Source of the DNA: an uncultured Actinomycetes bacterium
GTDB lineage: Bacteria; Actinomycetota; Thermoleophilia; Gaiellales; JAICJC01
Assembly: GCA_963821535.1 (NCBI GenBank)
Contig: CAWGEC010000012.1
Location: 72,725 to 136,724 of the forward strand
Length of the DNA stretch: 64,000 nucleotides
Direction of reading: 5' to 3'
Shown in pieces: positions 1-10,049 of the stretch. The notes below the pieces were generated by a model that was not told the origin of the DNA, did no database searches, and saw nothing but the letters and a program-made list of their open reading frames with translations. Numbering within the stretch: the stretch's first letter is position 1; every line of letters starts with the position of its first letter. Made by a program: the position numbers and the translations under genes.

Positions 1-353
1 TGGACGATGTTGCCGAAGTGCTTCGTCGTCCGGTAGCGCAGCGTGACCGTGTAGTTCCCGGAGTTCGGGTTGAGCGTCGAGCTCGAGGCCTGGACGATGC
101 GCTCAGGCTTGGCCGGCGGAGCCGTGGGGCTCGTGAACGGCCAGTGGTACCCGGTCGCGCCGCCGAACGTGAACCCGGTGACCACGGCGGAGCCGATGCT
201 GCCGTTCACGTGGCCGCTCGAGTCGACCATGACGGTGGCGTTCGAGCCTTCGTTCATCTGCCAGTTCGCCAGCGTCGCCGCCGAAGCGGGCGCCGCGAAC
301 GCGGCGACGACCACAAACGCGGCCGTCAATGACGATCCGAACCTCTTTCTCAT
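1..353 (-). CDS. secreted LamG/concanavalin-A-like domain protein, N-terminal part (gene runs off window start)
   Basis: Hand translation from ATG at 353-351: MRKRFGSSLTAAFVVVAAFAAPASAATLANWQMNEGSNATVMVDSSGHVNGSIG... It has a Sec signal peptide with an AxA site. The W-x-x-N-E-G-S...DSSG-x-x-NG pattern is typical of LamG_3. A GGAGGGGG Shine-Dalgarno (rc of 360-367) lies 6 nt upstream. Absent from the ORF track because it has no in-window stop. Confidence 0.6.
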   Translation of the reverse strand, partial: MRKRFGSSLTAAFVVVAAFAAPASAATLANWQMNEGSNATVMVDSSGHVNGSIGSAVVTGFTFGGATGYHWPFTSPTAPPAKPERIVQASSSTLNPNSGNYTVTLRYRTTKHFGNIV

Positions 354-470
354 GTCGTTCCCCCTCCTTCTGGCTGTGCCGCTGTCACATGCCCACATGC
401 GGTCGATGCGAACCCCCCAACCCGGCTCGCCGGCACACGGGCGCCATGATAGCCGCCGCCCCAGCCCTGC

Positions 471-1362
471 TTACATTCGGTGAAGCCACGCAAGCAGGTC
501 GCCGGGGGCGAGCCGGCGGGCGCGCTCGTCGTAGCGGGCGATCTCGCCGTCCGTCAGCACCTCGCGCGCGGCGCCCGACGTGCCGCGGCGGAAGAACGCC
601 TCCGGGTCCTTGAGGATGCCGTTTCGATCCGGCAGGACCGACCCGGCCCGTGCGCGCATGTCCGAGAAGGAGGCGGCCCGGACGAGCGCGGGCCAGGTTG
701 GCTCGTCGACCTCGATCCCGAGCCGGCCGGCCAGCTCGCGCATCGTGCCCTCGAGGTCACGCTCGAGGTCGGCGTAGTGGACGAGAAGCATGTTCGGCTC
801 GGCCGCCGCTCCCAGGCGCCGGTGAGGTGCCAGAGGACGCCGGGCAGCGAGTCGAACGACTCGTCCGGCGGCGGGTCGTCCTCGATCCACCCGACCAGCC
901 AGTCGTGGAGCCCGGGCCGCGGCGCAGGCGGCTCGGCGGGCTCGGGGAGGCCGACCAGCCGCCGCAGCACCGCCCGGTCGATGTTGTCGCCCTGGTGGTA
1001 GAGCGACACGGCCGCGTCGAGCGGATGGCGGGCGACGACGATGTAGGTCACCTCTGGCTCGATCGGGATCCCGGCGAGCGGCGTGTGGGTCTTCAGGAAC
1101 CGGCGGTGGGTCTGGTCGGCGAGCTCGCGCGAAGAGCGTCGGCCTGAGGCTCGGTGAGCCGGTCGAGCCAGGGCGACATCTCGCCGAGCGGTGCCGGCAG
1201 GTCGGGCGTCTGGAAGACGAGAAGCGCGCAGACCATCTGCATCCAGGTCGTCCCGTGCTTCGACCGCGTGCTGATGACGATGTCGCCCGGGCGGAACGGG
1301 AACTCGGCCCATCGCCCGCTGTCCTCCTCGGACGAGACGAAGCGCCGGGCCGCGGCCGTCAT
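471..1362 (-). pseudogene. sulfotransferase family protein, two frame changes
   Basis: Three minus-strand ORF pieces join colinearly: MTAAARRFVSSEEDSGRWAEFPFRPGDIVISTRSKHGTTWMQM... (frame of 1093..2274), ELADQTHRRFLKTHTPLAGIP...HPLDAAVSLYHQ (frame of 554..1570), and PNMLLVHYADLERDLEGTMRELAGRLGI...FFRRGTSG (471..890). Frame switches lie near 1125 and 800. The ATG at 1362 overlaps the upstream stop. Confidence 0.7.
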
Positions 1363-2495
1363 GTGCCGAGGCCGAACCAGCGCGCCCGCCGGCTCGAGCC
1401 GAACTCCGCCTTCTCGGCGACGAAGTCGGTGGACGGCTCCCGGAACGTTCCGGAGGGGCCCGCGGCGGAGAACAAGTCGACGTCGATGCGCGCGACCAGA
1501 TCCGAGCCGAACTCGATGTAGCAGGAGCCACGGCCGTCGTAGCGCGCGGCCGGCTCGCGCCCACGCACACGATCGATCAGCGTGCGGGCGACGACGCGGG
1601 CCTGGCGCTCCGAGAAGACGCCCGCCTTCGGCGTCCCGACCGTCGCGACGTCGCCGACCGCGTAGACGTCCGGGAACCGCGTCTCGAGCGTCGGCCCGTC
1701 GACCGGGATGTAGCCGTCGACGGCCATCCCGCTCTCGATGACCACGTCGGGTGCGCGGTGCTTGGGCACGCCGAGGAAGAGGTCGTACGGCACCTCCGTC
1801 CCGTCGGCGAGCACGGCGACGCTCCGGGCGACGTCGACCGAAGCAACCGGGCGGCCCGGCACGAACTCGATGTCGCGCTCGGCGAAGGCCTCGATCAGCG
1901 CGGTCGACGTGCTGGGCGACGGCGGGATCGGGGTCGGGAACGGCACCACGACCAGGATCTCGCAGTCGCTGCGGATGCCCTTGCGCTCGAGGTAGTCGTG
2001 CAGGAGAAGAGCCGCCTCGCTTGGCGCCGGCGGGCACTTGTACGGCGCGCCGCATACCCCGACGACGGCGCGGCCGCCCCGGAACTCCGGCAGGAGCTCT
2101 GCGAGCCGCTCGGCGCCCTCGACGGAGTAGAACTCGGTCGAGTCGGCGAGCCCGGGCGTGGCGTCGAAGTCGTAGTCGGCTCCGAGCGCGACGACGAGGT
2201 GGTCGGCCTCGTGCACGCCCGCGTCGGTCGTCACGGCCTTGGCGACAGGGTCGATCGCCGTGACGGTCTCGCACAGGAGCCGGACGCCGGGCTTCGCCAG
2301 GTGGCGGTAGGGGAGCCTGACGGCGTCGGGCGTCGTCCGTCCGAACATGAAGTCGAGCTTGGAGTAGCCGAACACGAACGCGTCGGCCTTGTCGATCAGC
2401 GTGACCTCGACCTCGTCGCCGAGCTCCTCCGAGACGGTCGTCGCCAGCTCGAGGCCGCCAAAGCCCGCTCCGAGAATGAGGATCCGAGGCTTCAC
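1359..2495 (-). CDS. FAD-dependent pyridine nucleotide-disulfide oxidoreductase, sulfide:quinone oxidoreductase-like
   Basis: Intact 378-aa ORF. The N-terminal Rossmann motif is MKPRILILGAGFGGLE. YKCPPAP and VYAVGDVA motifs are typical of the SQR/NDH-2-like family. Confidence 0.8.
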   Translation of the reverse strand: MKPRILILGAGFGGLELATTVSEELGDEVEVTLIDKADAFVFGYSKLDFMFGRTTPDAVRLPYRHLAKPGVRLLCETVTAIDPVAKAVTTDAGVHEADHLVVALGADYDFDATPGLADSTEFYSVEGAERLAELLPEFRGGRAVVGVCGAPYKCPPAPSEAALLLHDYLERKGIRSDCEILVVVPFPTPIPPSPSTSTALIEAFAERDIEFVPGRPVASVDVARSVAVLADGTEVPYDLFLGVPKHRAPDVVIESGMAVDGYIPVDGPTLETRFPDVYAVGDVATVGTPKAGVFSERQARVVARTLIDRVRGREPAARYDGRGSCYIEFGSDLVARIDVDLFSAAGPSGTFREPSTDFVAEKAEFGSSRRARWFGLGT

Positions 2496-2577
2496 CGGGC
2501 GATCATAGTGAGCCGGCCCCGGTCAACGCCCAACACGGGAGGGAATCCGCGGCTCCGGAAATCGCGTAGGACCGGGT

Positions 2578-2712
2578 ATGCAACAGACACCAACAGACAA
2601 GTCCCGACGGCGCGTCCCGATCGTTCCGATCGTCGTCGTTGCGATCCTCGCGCTCATCCTGATCGGCTTCCTGATGTCGTCCGGCGGTGGCGGCGCGGGA
2701 GGCGGTTACTAG
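2578..2712 (+). CDS. possible small membrane protein (44 aa)
   Basis: Hand translation: MQQTPTDKSRRRVPIVPIVVVAILALILIGFLMSSGGGGAGGGY. It has one hydrophobic helix after a basic N-terminus and GC3-rich codons. No clear RBS, and too short for the ORF track. Confidence 0.3.
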   Translation: MQQTPTDKSRRRVPIVPIVVVAILALILIGFLMSSGGGGAGGGY

Positions 2713-2756
2713 GCTGGAATTGCCCGCCTGAGCCCATCGCCGCTACGCTGGCGGCG

Positions 2757-4311
2757 GTGGGCTCGAACGATCGACGACGGAGCGTCGGCACCTGCGTCAG
2801 CACATTCGTGCTGGCCGGCGTGCTCATGGCTGCATCTTCCGCCACGGCCACGCCCCGCCCGGGCCCGGCAGCCGCCGAGGCCACCGGCGCCCACCCGTGC
2901 GGCACCGTCCGTGCCTCGACCAAGCCCTACAAGCACATCGTCGTCATCATGGACGAGAACCTCTCGGTGCCGCAGTGGGAGGCGACGCCCGACGCGCCGT
3001 ACACCCACCGGCTCGCTGAGGAGTGCCGGCGATTGCCCGGCGCGGCCGGAGAGACCCACCCCAGCTTCCCCAACTACATGGCCGTCGTCAGCGGCACGTT
3101 CCCGACGCCGGCGTGCCTTCACTGCTCGTCGAGCGCGAACAACGTCTTTCACCAGATGAACGGGGCCGGCGTCAGCTGGCGCGACTACAACGAGGCGATG
3201 ACGGGCAAGTGCGTCCCCACGTCGAGCGCCGCGCCGCACTACCGCGACAATCACAATCCGGCGTTCTGGTTCACCGACCTCGGGCCGAAGTCGAAGGGCG
3301 GCGACGGGTCGTGCGACCGCTTCGACGTTCCGCTCACCGCTTTCTGGAGCAACGTCGAGAACGGCCACCTGCCGGCGTTCAGCTGGATCGCGCCCAGCGA
3401 GTGCCACAACATGCACTGGCGCTCGCCGATCTGCGAGCAGACCACGACGGGCACCAAGGCCGACCGGATCCGGTTCGGCGACGACTTCATCAAGAAGGTC
3501 ATCACGGCGCTCGCGACGCGGCCGAGCTACAAGGCCGGGAACACGCTCGTCGTCGTCACCTGGGACGAGGCCAACGAGGGCTCGGTGCAGTCGCAGGGCA
3601 ACTGGGGCATCGACTGCTCCGACCACGCGGTGTTCGTCCCGAACAAGACGACCTGCCGCGTCGTCACGATCCTCGTCTCGGCGCGGCTCCACGCGGGGCC
3701 GTTCCCCGGCTTCTTCAGCCACTACAGCCTGACGCGCGCGATCGAGCACAACTTCGGCCTCGCGCTGCTGGGCGGCGCCAACCGCGTGACTGGCGAGCTG
3801 GTGCACATCGACGCGAAGAAGCTTGGGCGGATCATCCGGCCCGGGCATCGAGTGACCGGCGACCGCCGCCAACGCGCCAAGGGCAAAGCCGGCTGGCAGC
3901 ACCTGTTCGTTGCCGTCGACGATGCCACCAGGCTGGCCTACGCCGAGCTCTACCCGGACGAGACCAACGCATCAGCGATCAGCTTCCTAGCCGCCGCTCA
4001 GCGCTTCTACCAGGAGCACGGCATCACCATCGAGCGCATCCTCACCGACAACGGCACCTGCTTCAAGCGGCGCTGGCAAGACGCATGCCACGAGCGCCAG
4101 ATCACGGTCAAACGGACACGGCCCTACAGGCCACAGACCAACGGCAAAGCCGAGCGCTTCATCCGCACCCTGCTCGACCGCTGGGCCTACGCCGAGGTCT
4201 ATCCAACTGAGCACGACCGAGCGCGCGCCCTGCCACACGCGATCGACACCTACAATCGCAACCGACCACACCGCGCCCTCGCCGGGCGGACAGCGCGCCC
4301 CGATCTACTAG
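2757..4311 (+). pseudogene. secreted phosphoesterase family protein (PLC/acid phosphatase AcpA-like), 3' end interrupted by an IS481 transposase fragment
   Basis: Lies in the frame of ORF 1758..4367. A GTG at 2757 gives the signal peptide GSNDRRRSVGTCVSTFVLAGVLMAASSATA. This is followed by YKHIVVIMDENLS...GETHPSFPNYMAV...NPAFWF...LPAFSWIAPSECHNMHW...VVVTWDE...ILVSAR. After LLGGAN (about 3785) the frame continues into transposase sequence. The original terminus ccgatctacTAG (APIY*, 4300-4311) survives downstream in another frame and matches the paralog end at 13579-13590. The start codon is uncertain. Confidence 0.75.
3786..4292 (+). mobile_element. IS481-family transposase fragment (DDE/rve catalytic core only, no N-terminal HTH, no recognisable inverted repeats)
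   Basis: GELVHIDAKKLGRI...GWQHLFVAVDDATRLAYAELYPDETNASAISFL...ITIERILTDNGTCFKRR...RTRPYRPQTNGKAERFIRTLLDRWAYAEVY...YNRNRPHRALAG is the conserved IS481 integrase core. GC3 is visibly lower than in the flanks (aaa, tat, aat, cca, act codons). Boundaries are approximate (+/-10 nt). Confidence 0.75.
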
Positions 4312-4374
4312 GCCGACTGAACCATTGGCATCAGGCGCCGGTGTTTCACGCCGGGGGTTCACGCTAGGCCGGAC

Positions 4375-4418
4375 AACCGGGGCCAGGCCCCGAACGGGGC
4401 CTGGCCCCATGGGGTTCA
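4375..4418. repeat. REP-like GC-rich double palindrome, copy 1
   Basis: AACCGGGGCCAGGCCCCGAACGGGGCCTGGCCCCATGGGGTTCA. The terminal TCA (4416-4418) is the TGA stop of the minus-strand metal-binding protein gene. Confidence 0.85.
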
Positions 4419-5317
4419 CGCCTTCGGCGGGGGCCGGCCGAGGAAGCCCGCCACCATCGCGCGGACGTTCCAGCGCTCCATGCCGAGGTAGGTCGCGCCG
4501 GGGGAGCCCGGCGGGCCGAGCGTGTCGCCGTACAGGTCGGCGTAGACGCGGACGCCGGCCTCCGACCCGATCTGGCGCTCGAGGGCCGGATCGAGCGACG
4601 ACTCGGTGAAGATGGCGCGGACGTGCTCGGCCCGGATCCGGTCGATCAGGTCGGCGACGTCCTGCGCGCTCGGCTGGGCCGCCGTCGAGAGCGCCGGGAT
4701 GACCGAGCCGACGACGCGGATGCCGTAGTGGGCGGCGAGGTAGTTGAACGCGTCGTGGTTCGTCACGAGCTTGCGGTCGGCCGGCGGGCACGGTCGCGAC
4801 CAGCCGGCGATTGGCGGCGTCCATGCGCGCCACTGGCCGGACGTAGCGCGCGCCGTTTCGAGCGTACGCCGCGGCGTGCCCGGGATCGACCTCGCCCAGC
4901 CGGTGCGCCGAGCGCCGTCGCCGCCCGCTCGACGAGCGCCGGGTCGCCCCACCAGTGCGGATCGCCCGCACGAAGCGTGGAGGCCGGCCGAGGCGTCGAA
5001 GACCGGAGCCGACGTGCCGGCGCTCTCGACGAGCTGGTCGGCCCAGGCGTCGAGGCCGACGCCCGACTCGACGACCAGCTTCGCGTCGGCCAGGGCGACG
5101 ACGGTGCTGGGCGTCGGCTCGAAGTCGTGCGGATCGACGTTCGGCCGCAGGATGCCGACGACGTGCACCCGAGCCCCGCCGACGTTCCGGACGAGGTCCT
5201 GCATCTGCGTCGTCGTCGCGACGATCGGTGATCGTGCCCGGCGGCGGCTTCGCCGACGGCCGTCTGGGTGCACGCCGATGCGAGGGCGAGGACGACCGCC
5301 AGATGAAGGAGACGCAT
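4416..5317 (-). pseudogene. metal (Zn/Mn) ABC transporter substrate-binding protein, ZnuA/TroA family, four frame changes
   Basis: Colinear pieces in three frames: MRLLHLAVVLALASACTQ (lipoprotein signal), PIVATTTQMQDLVRNVGG...DPHDFEPTP...FDASAGLH, LRAGDPHWWGDPALVERAATALGA, LGEVDPGHAAAYARNGARYV...RRLVATVPA, and DRKLVTNHDAFNYLAAHYGI...IFTESS... Switches lie near 5230, 4975, 4905 and 4785. Confidence 0.75.
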
Positions 5318-5318
5318 C

Positions 5319-5345
5319 CGAAAACGATAACAGGTTTCATTTTCG
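5319..5345. promoter_or_regulatory. AT-rich inverted repeat, candidate Fur/Zur box in a divergent promoter
   Basis: CGAAAACGATAAC-A-GGTTTCATTTTCG; the arms match 10/13. It is the only AT-rich stretch in the 41-nt gap between the divergent SBP gene (start 5317) and the Fur-family gene (start 5359). GAAAATGA resembles half of an actinobacterial Zur box. Confidence 0.4.
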
Positions 5346-5358
5346 CTATACTCGCCCG

Positions 5359-5760
5359 ATGGAGCAGGGACGAAACCACCGCACCCGGGCCGCCCTGCTC
5401 GAGGCCGGGCGCGGCATGGGGCGGGCGTTCAGCGTCCGCGAGCTCCACGCCGCCGCCCTTCCCAACGCTCCCCGGCTCGGGCTGACCACCGCCTACCGGG
5501 CCGTCGAGCGATGGCGCGAGGACGGCTTCGTCGAGCACGCCGGCATCCGCGACGGCGAGGCGGTGTTCGTCCTCTGCGGCGCGCACGGCCACCACCACCA
5601 CCTGGTCTGCGTCCAGTGCGGCGCCACCTCGGTGCTCGAGGGCTGCGCGCTCGAGCCGGCCCGGGAGGCGAGCGCCGCCGCGGGGTTCGAGCTGCTCGAC
5701 CGCGAGCTGGGAGCGCTGCCGGCCCGCTGCGGGCCGTGCGCCGCGTCGAGCACGCGCTAG
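5359..5760 (+). CDS. Fur family transcriptional regulator (Zur-like)
   Basis: MEQGRNHRTRAALLEAGRGMGRAFSVRELH...GHHHHLVCVQCG...CGPC. It has a winged-helix N-terminus plus His/Cys metal sites. Intact, and divergent from the metal uptake operon. Confidence 0.8.
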   Translation: MEQGRNHRTRAALLEAGRGMGRAFSVRELHAAALPNAPRLGLTTAYRAVERWREDGFVEHAGIRDGEAVFVLCGAHGHHHHLVCVQCGATSVLEGCALEPAREASAAAGFELLDRELGALPARCGPCAASSTR

Positions 5761-5762
5761 CG

Positions 5763-6511
5763 ATGGAGGAGGCCCCCCGCGCGATCGTCGACGGCCTCAC
5801 CATCGCGTTCGGCGACCGGCTCGCGGTCGAGGACGTCTCGCTCGCGCTCCCCCGCGGCGCCGTCATCGGGCTGATCGGCCCCAACGCCGCCGGCAAGACG
5901 ACGCTCTTGCGCGCGCTTCTCGGCACCGTCCGGCCAACCGCCGGCGCTGTCTCCGTCGACGGGACGACGGGCTTCGTCCCCCAGCTCGGGCCGCGAGGAT
6001 GGGACTTCCCGCTGTCGGCCGCGCGACGTCGCGCTCCAGGGCGCCTACCGCCGGGCGGGCTGGCTGCGGCGGCCTTCGCATGCGGACCGCGACCGGGCCC
6101 GGACGGCGCTCACCGCGGTCGGGATGCACGAGGACGCCGGCCGCCAGGTCGGGCAGCTCTCCGGCGGCCAGCGCCAGCGGGTGCTGCTCGCGCGCGCGCT
6201 CGTGCAGGAGGCCGACCTGCTGCTCCTCGACGAGCCGCTCTCGGGCGCCGACGCGCCGACCGAGGCCGCCTTCTCCGACATCCTCGGCCGCCTGCGTGCG
6301 GAGGGGCGCACGGTCGTCGTCTCGAGCCACGACCTGGCGTGGGCCAGCGCCCGCTGCGACCTCGTCTGCCTCCTCGCCGGCCGGGTCGTGGCGTTCGGCC
6401 CGCCCGCCGAGGCGCTCGATCCGAGGCTGCCTCGCGGAGGCCTACGGAGGCCAGGTCGTCGACGTCGGCGGCGTGCTCGTGCTCGCGCCCGAGGGACACC
6501 ACGCCCACTGA
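5763..6511 (+). pseudogene. metal ABC transporter ATP-binding protein (ZnuC-like), two frame changes
   Basis: The Walker A motif GLIGPNAAGKTTLL is in frame 0. RDVALQGAYRRAGWLRRP...QLSGGQRQRVLLARALVQEADLLLLDEPLSGAD is in frame 1, and the C-terminal LAEAYGGQVVDVGG...HHAH* is in frame 2. Switches lie near 6010 and 6425. The TGATG overlaps the next gene. Confidence 0.8.
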
Positions 6512-7349
6512 TGCTCCACTACCTCACCGATCCACTCCAGTTCACGTTCATGCAGCGGGCCCTCGTGGCGGTCGTCCTCACCGGGTATGGCGTGCGGGGT
6601 GCTCGGGAAGCTACGTCGTCCTCCGCGGCCTGGCCTTCATCGGCGACGCGCTGACCCACGCCGTCTTCCCCGGCGTCGTGATCGCGTTCGCCGCCGGCCA
6701 GAGCGTGCTCCTCGGCGCGCTCGCCGTCGGCCTCGTCACGGCGGTCGGCATCGCGGTCCTGAGCCGCGGGCGGCGGGTGTCGGAGGACACCGCCATCGGC
6801 ATCCTCTTCGCCGCGATGTTCGCGCTGGGCGTGGTGCTCGTCTCGAGCCTGGCCGCCTATCAGAAGGACGTCGCCGAGCTCCTCTTCGGGAACATCCTCG
6901 GCGTCTCGCGCACCGACCTCGCGCTCGCGGCGGTCGCCACCGCGGTCGCGGTCGGCGCGATCGCGCTCCTCAACAAGGAGCTGGCCCTGGTCGCCTTCGA
7001 CCGCGAGATGGCCGAGGCGATGCGCTACCCGGTGTTCGTCCTCGACCTCGTCCTGCTCAGCCTGATCACCCTCGCCATCGTCGTCTCGCTGCGCGCGATC
7101 GGGAACATCCTCGTGCTCGCGATGCTCGTCACGCCGGCCGCGACCGCGCGGCTTCTGACCGACCGGCTGGTGACGATGCAGGTCGCCGCGGCGGGCATCG
7201 GCGCGGCCAGCGGGATCATCGGCCTCTACATCAGCTTCTGGTGGAACGTGGCCTCGGGCGGGGCGGTCGTCCTCACCGCGACGGCCGCCTTCTTCGCGGT
7301 GTTTCTGACGCAGTCGGCGGTGGGCGGCATTCGCACAGGCGGCGGCTAA
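6511..7349 (+). pseudogene. metal ABC transporter permease (ZnuB-like), two +1 insertions 25 nt apart
   Basis: MLHYLTDPLQFTFMQRALVAVVLTG / MACGVLG / SYVVLRGLAFIGDALTHAVFPGVV... occupy frames 1, 2 and 0. The extra bases are a T after GGG at about 6581 and an A after GGG at about 6606. Confidence 0.8.
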
Positions 7350-7359
7350 CCTCCGCGAG

Positions 7360-8317
7360 GTGCCCGACCGCGACGCGCTCCCCACGGTCGCCGCGTTCGC
7401 CGCGATCTACCTCATCTGGGGCTCGACCTTCCTCGCCATCCGTTACGCGGTCGAGACGATTCCGCCGTACATGATGATGAGCGGGCGCAGCCTCGGCGGC
7501 GGGCTGATCCTGCTCGGCCTCTGGCGCCTTCGAGAGCCCGGGGCTCCGTGGCCCAGCCGGCGCGAGTGGGCCGGGGCGGCGATCCTCGGCTGGCTCTTCT
7601 TCGTGACCGGCCACGGCCTCCTCGCGCGCGAGGAGCAGTACGTCCCGTCCGGCTCGGCCGCGCTGTGCGCGGCGACGATCCCGCTCTTCGTCCCGCTTCT
7701 CACCTGGATCGTCCCCGCCGGGCGCCGGCCGAGCGGGCGGACGAGCGCGGCGCTCGCCGCCGGATTCCTCGGCGTGGCGATGCTCGTCGCGGCGCAGGGG
7801 AGCGGCGGCGGGTTCGCGGCGGTCGACGCCGCCATCCTGCTCCTCATGGCGCTCTCGTGGGCGTCCGGGACGGTGGCCAGCGCGGCACGTGCGCGTGCCC
7901 TCCTCGCCGCTCGCGGCGTCCGCGACTGCCGCTGCTGACCGGAGCGGCGTCATGCTCGCGGCCGTCTCACTCGTCTCGGGCGAGGCCGGGGGGTTCGACG
8001 CCGGCGCGGTCAGCGGCAAGTCGCTCGCCGGGCTGGCCTACCTCGTCGTGATGGGCACGGCCGTGACGTTCTCGGCGTACATGTGGCTGCTCCGCCACGT
8101 CGCCCCCACGCGCGTGGCGACCTACGCGTTCGTGAACCCCGCCGTCGCCGTCCTGCTCGGATGGGCGGTCGCGGGCGAGAGCCTGAGCCCAGGCACCCTG
8201 CTCGCGACCGCCGTCATCATCGGGGCGGTTGCCGTGGCGGTCTCGGACCGGCCACGGCCTCAGCTCGAGCCGTCGGCGGCGTCGGCCTCGCCGTCGCCGT
8301 CCTCGGCCAGCAGCTGA
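7360..8317 (+). pseudogene. EamA/DMT family transporter, one frame change
   Basis: The N-terminal half (ORF 7360..7938: FAAIYLIWGSTFLAIRY...) and C-terminal half (ORF 7889..8317: VPSSPLAASA...YLVVMGTAVTFSAYMWLLRH...) are colinear. The switch lies near 7895. Confidence 0.65.
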
Positions 8318-8873
8318 TACATGCCCTTCCGGGCGTTCCGGAGGATCGCCTGGGCGGCCTCGATCTGCTTGGCCGTGCCGGTCATGGCCACCTGGCGCGT
8401 CGCGCCGAGCAGCTGGAACGCGAGGTCGCGCAGCGTGGCGAGATCGTCATCGCCCTCGCCCGCGGCGCCTCCCATGGCTTGGCGCTGGGAAGCGCGGCCG
8501 CCTGCTCGCGCCCGGCGTCGGTGAGCTCGAAGACCCGCCGGCCGTTGCTGTGCACCGTCCGCACCAGCTCCTCGTCCTCGAGCTGCTGGAGCGTCGGGTA
8601 GACCGAGCCCGGGCTGGGGCGCCATGCCCCGCCGGTGCGCTCGGAGAGCTCCTGGATGATCTGGTAGCCGTGCATCGGCTCCTCGGCCAGGAGGGCGAGG
8701 ATGGCCGCGCGGATGTCGCCGCGGCCGGCCTTGCGGCCTCCGCCGAAGAACTGGCGCTCGAAGCCGGGAGGCCCGAACCCGCGGTGTCCGCGGCGGCGCC
8801 GGCCGTGCATCTTCAGGAACTCGTGGCGGGCGCGCCTGCGTCCGCCGGGGTGGTCGATCGCGTATCCGGTCAT
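8260..8873 (-). pseudogene. PadR family transcriptional regulator, one frame change
   Basis: ILALLAEEPMHGYQIIQELSERTGGAWRPSPGSVYPTLQQLEDEELV (ORF 8382..8873) continues as GAAGEGDDDLATLRDLAFQLLGA...YQLLAEDGDGE in the frame of 8260..8883. The switch lies near 8470. Confidence 0.7.
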
Positions 8874-8947
8874 CGGATAGCACTCTCCTTTCGACTGTTC
8901 AACATACCATCACGATATATCGTGACTATTCATTTGTCAAGCCAGGT

Positions 8948-10004
8948 ATGCTCGCGCCGATGCGGGCCCGGCGCACGATCACCGTGGTGGGGTGCCACGC
9001 CGGCGGCGAGGTCGGGAACGTCGTCACGGGCGGCGTCCTCCCGCCTGCGGGGACGACGGTCTTCGAGCAGATGCGGACGCTCGCGCGCGAGGGCGACGGC
9101 CTGCGGCGCCTGCTCCTGCGCGAGCCGCGCGGCAGCGTCGCGTGTCACGCCAACCTGATCGTGCCGCCGACCCGGCCCGACTGCGACGCCGGCTTCATCA
9201 TCATGGAGCCGACCGAGTACCCGCCGATGTCGGGCTCCAACTCGATCTGCACGGCGACCGTGCTCCTCGAGACGGGCATGGTCGAGATGCAGGAGCCCGA
9301 GACGGTGCTTCGGCTGGAGGCGCCGGGCGGCGTCGTCGAGGCCCGGGCCGCCTGCCGCGACGGCCGCTGCGAGAGCGTCGAGATCACGAACGTCGCCTCG
9401 TTCGCCGACCGGCTCGACGCGCCGCTCGAGGTGGACGGCCTGGGCACGCTGACCGTCGACGTCGCCTACGGCGGCATGTGGTACGCGATCGCCGACGCGG
9501 CCGCGCTCGGCTTTGCGATCGAGCCGGGAGAGGCGCGCGACCTCTCGCTGGCCGGCGAGCGGATCCGGGCCGCGGCGCGCGAGCAGCTCCCCTGCTCCCA
9601 TCCCGAGAACCCCGCCATCGCCGGGGTCAGCATCGTCCAGATCGCCGAGCCGTGGCAGGGGGTCGGCGCGGTCAGCCGAAACGCGGTCGTGGTGGCGCCG
9701 GGGCGGCTCGACCGCTCGGCGACCGGCACGGGGCTGTCGGCCCGGATGGCCGTGCTGCACGCCCGCGGCCTGATGGCGGTCGGCGACGCGATGACGCACG
9801 CCTCCGCGATCGGCTCGACGTTCGACGGCCGCATCGTGAGCGAGACGACAGGTCGGCGACCGCCCGGCGATCGTCCCCGCGATCCGCGGGAGCGCATGGA
9901 TCACCGGCATCTCGCAGCTCGTGGTCGATCCGGCGGACCCGTTCCCGGAGGGCTACATCCTCTCCGACACGTGGGGCGTGAGCGGGCTCGACGAGCAGCG
10001 CTAA
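8948..10004 (+). pseudogene. proline racemase family protein (4-hydroxyproline epimerase / hydroxyproline dehydratase-like), one frame change
   Basis: VVGCHAGGEVGNVVTGG...EPTEYPPMSGSNSICTATVLLETG...DRSATGTGLSARMAVLHARG. After [12 protein letters not shown] (about 9851) the true C-terminus [42 protein letters not shown] is in the +1 frame. Stop TAA at 10002-10004. Confidence 0.75.
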
Positions 10005-10049
10005 CCCCATGGGGCCAGGCCCCGTTCGGGGCCTGGCCCCGGTGGTTCA
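10002..10049. repeat. REP-like double palindrome, copy 2
   Basis: TAACCCCATGGGGCCAGGCCCCGTTCGGGGCCTGGCCCCGGTGGTTCA. It supplies the TAA stop of the plus-strand gene and the TCA (TGA) stop of the convergent MFS gene. Confidence 0.9.

Noticed and set aside
1758-4367. 869-aa ORF in the track, which looks like one giant protein.
   Set aside because: The first 1 kb is the antisense shadow of the SQR-like gene. The real gene starts near 2757, and its tail is an IS481 fragment read in frame.
6570-6615. Programmed ribosomal frameshifting as an explanation for the frame changes.
   Set aside because: The shifts occur in more than 20 unrelated genes, in both directions. They lack slippery heptamers or conserved downstream structures, and they often come several per gene.
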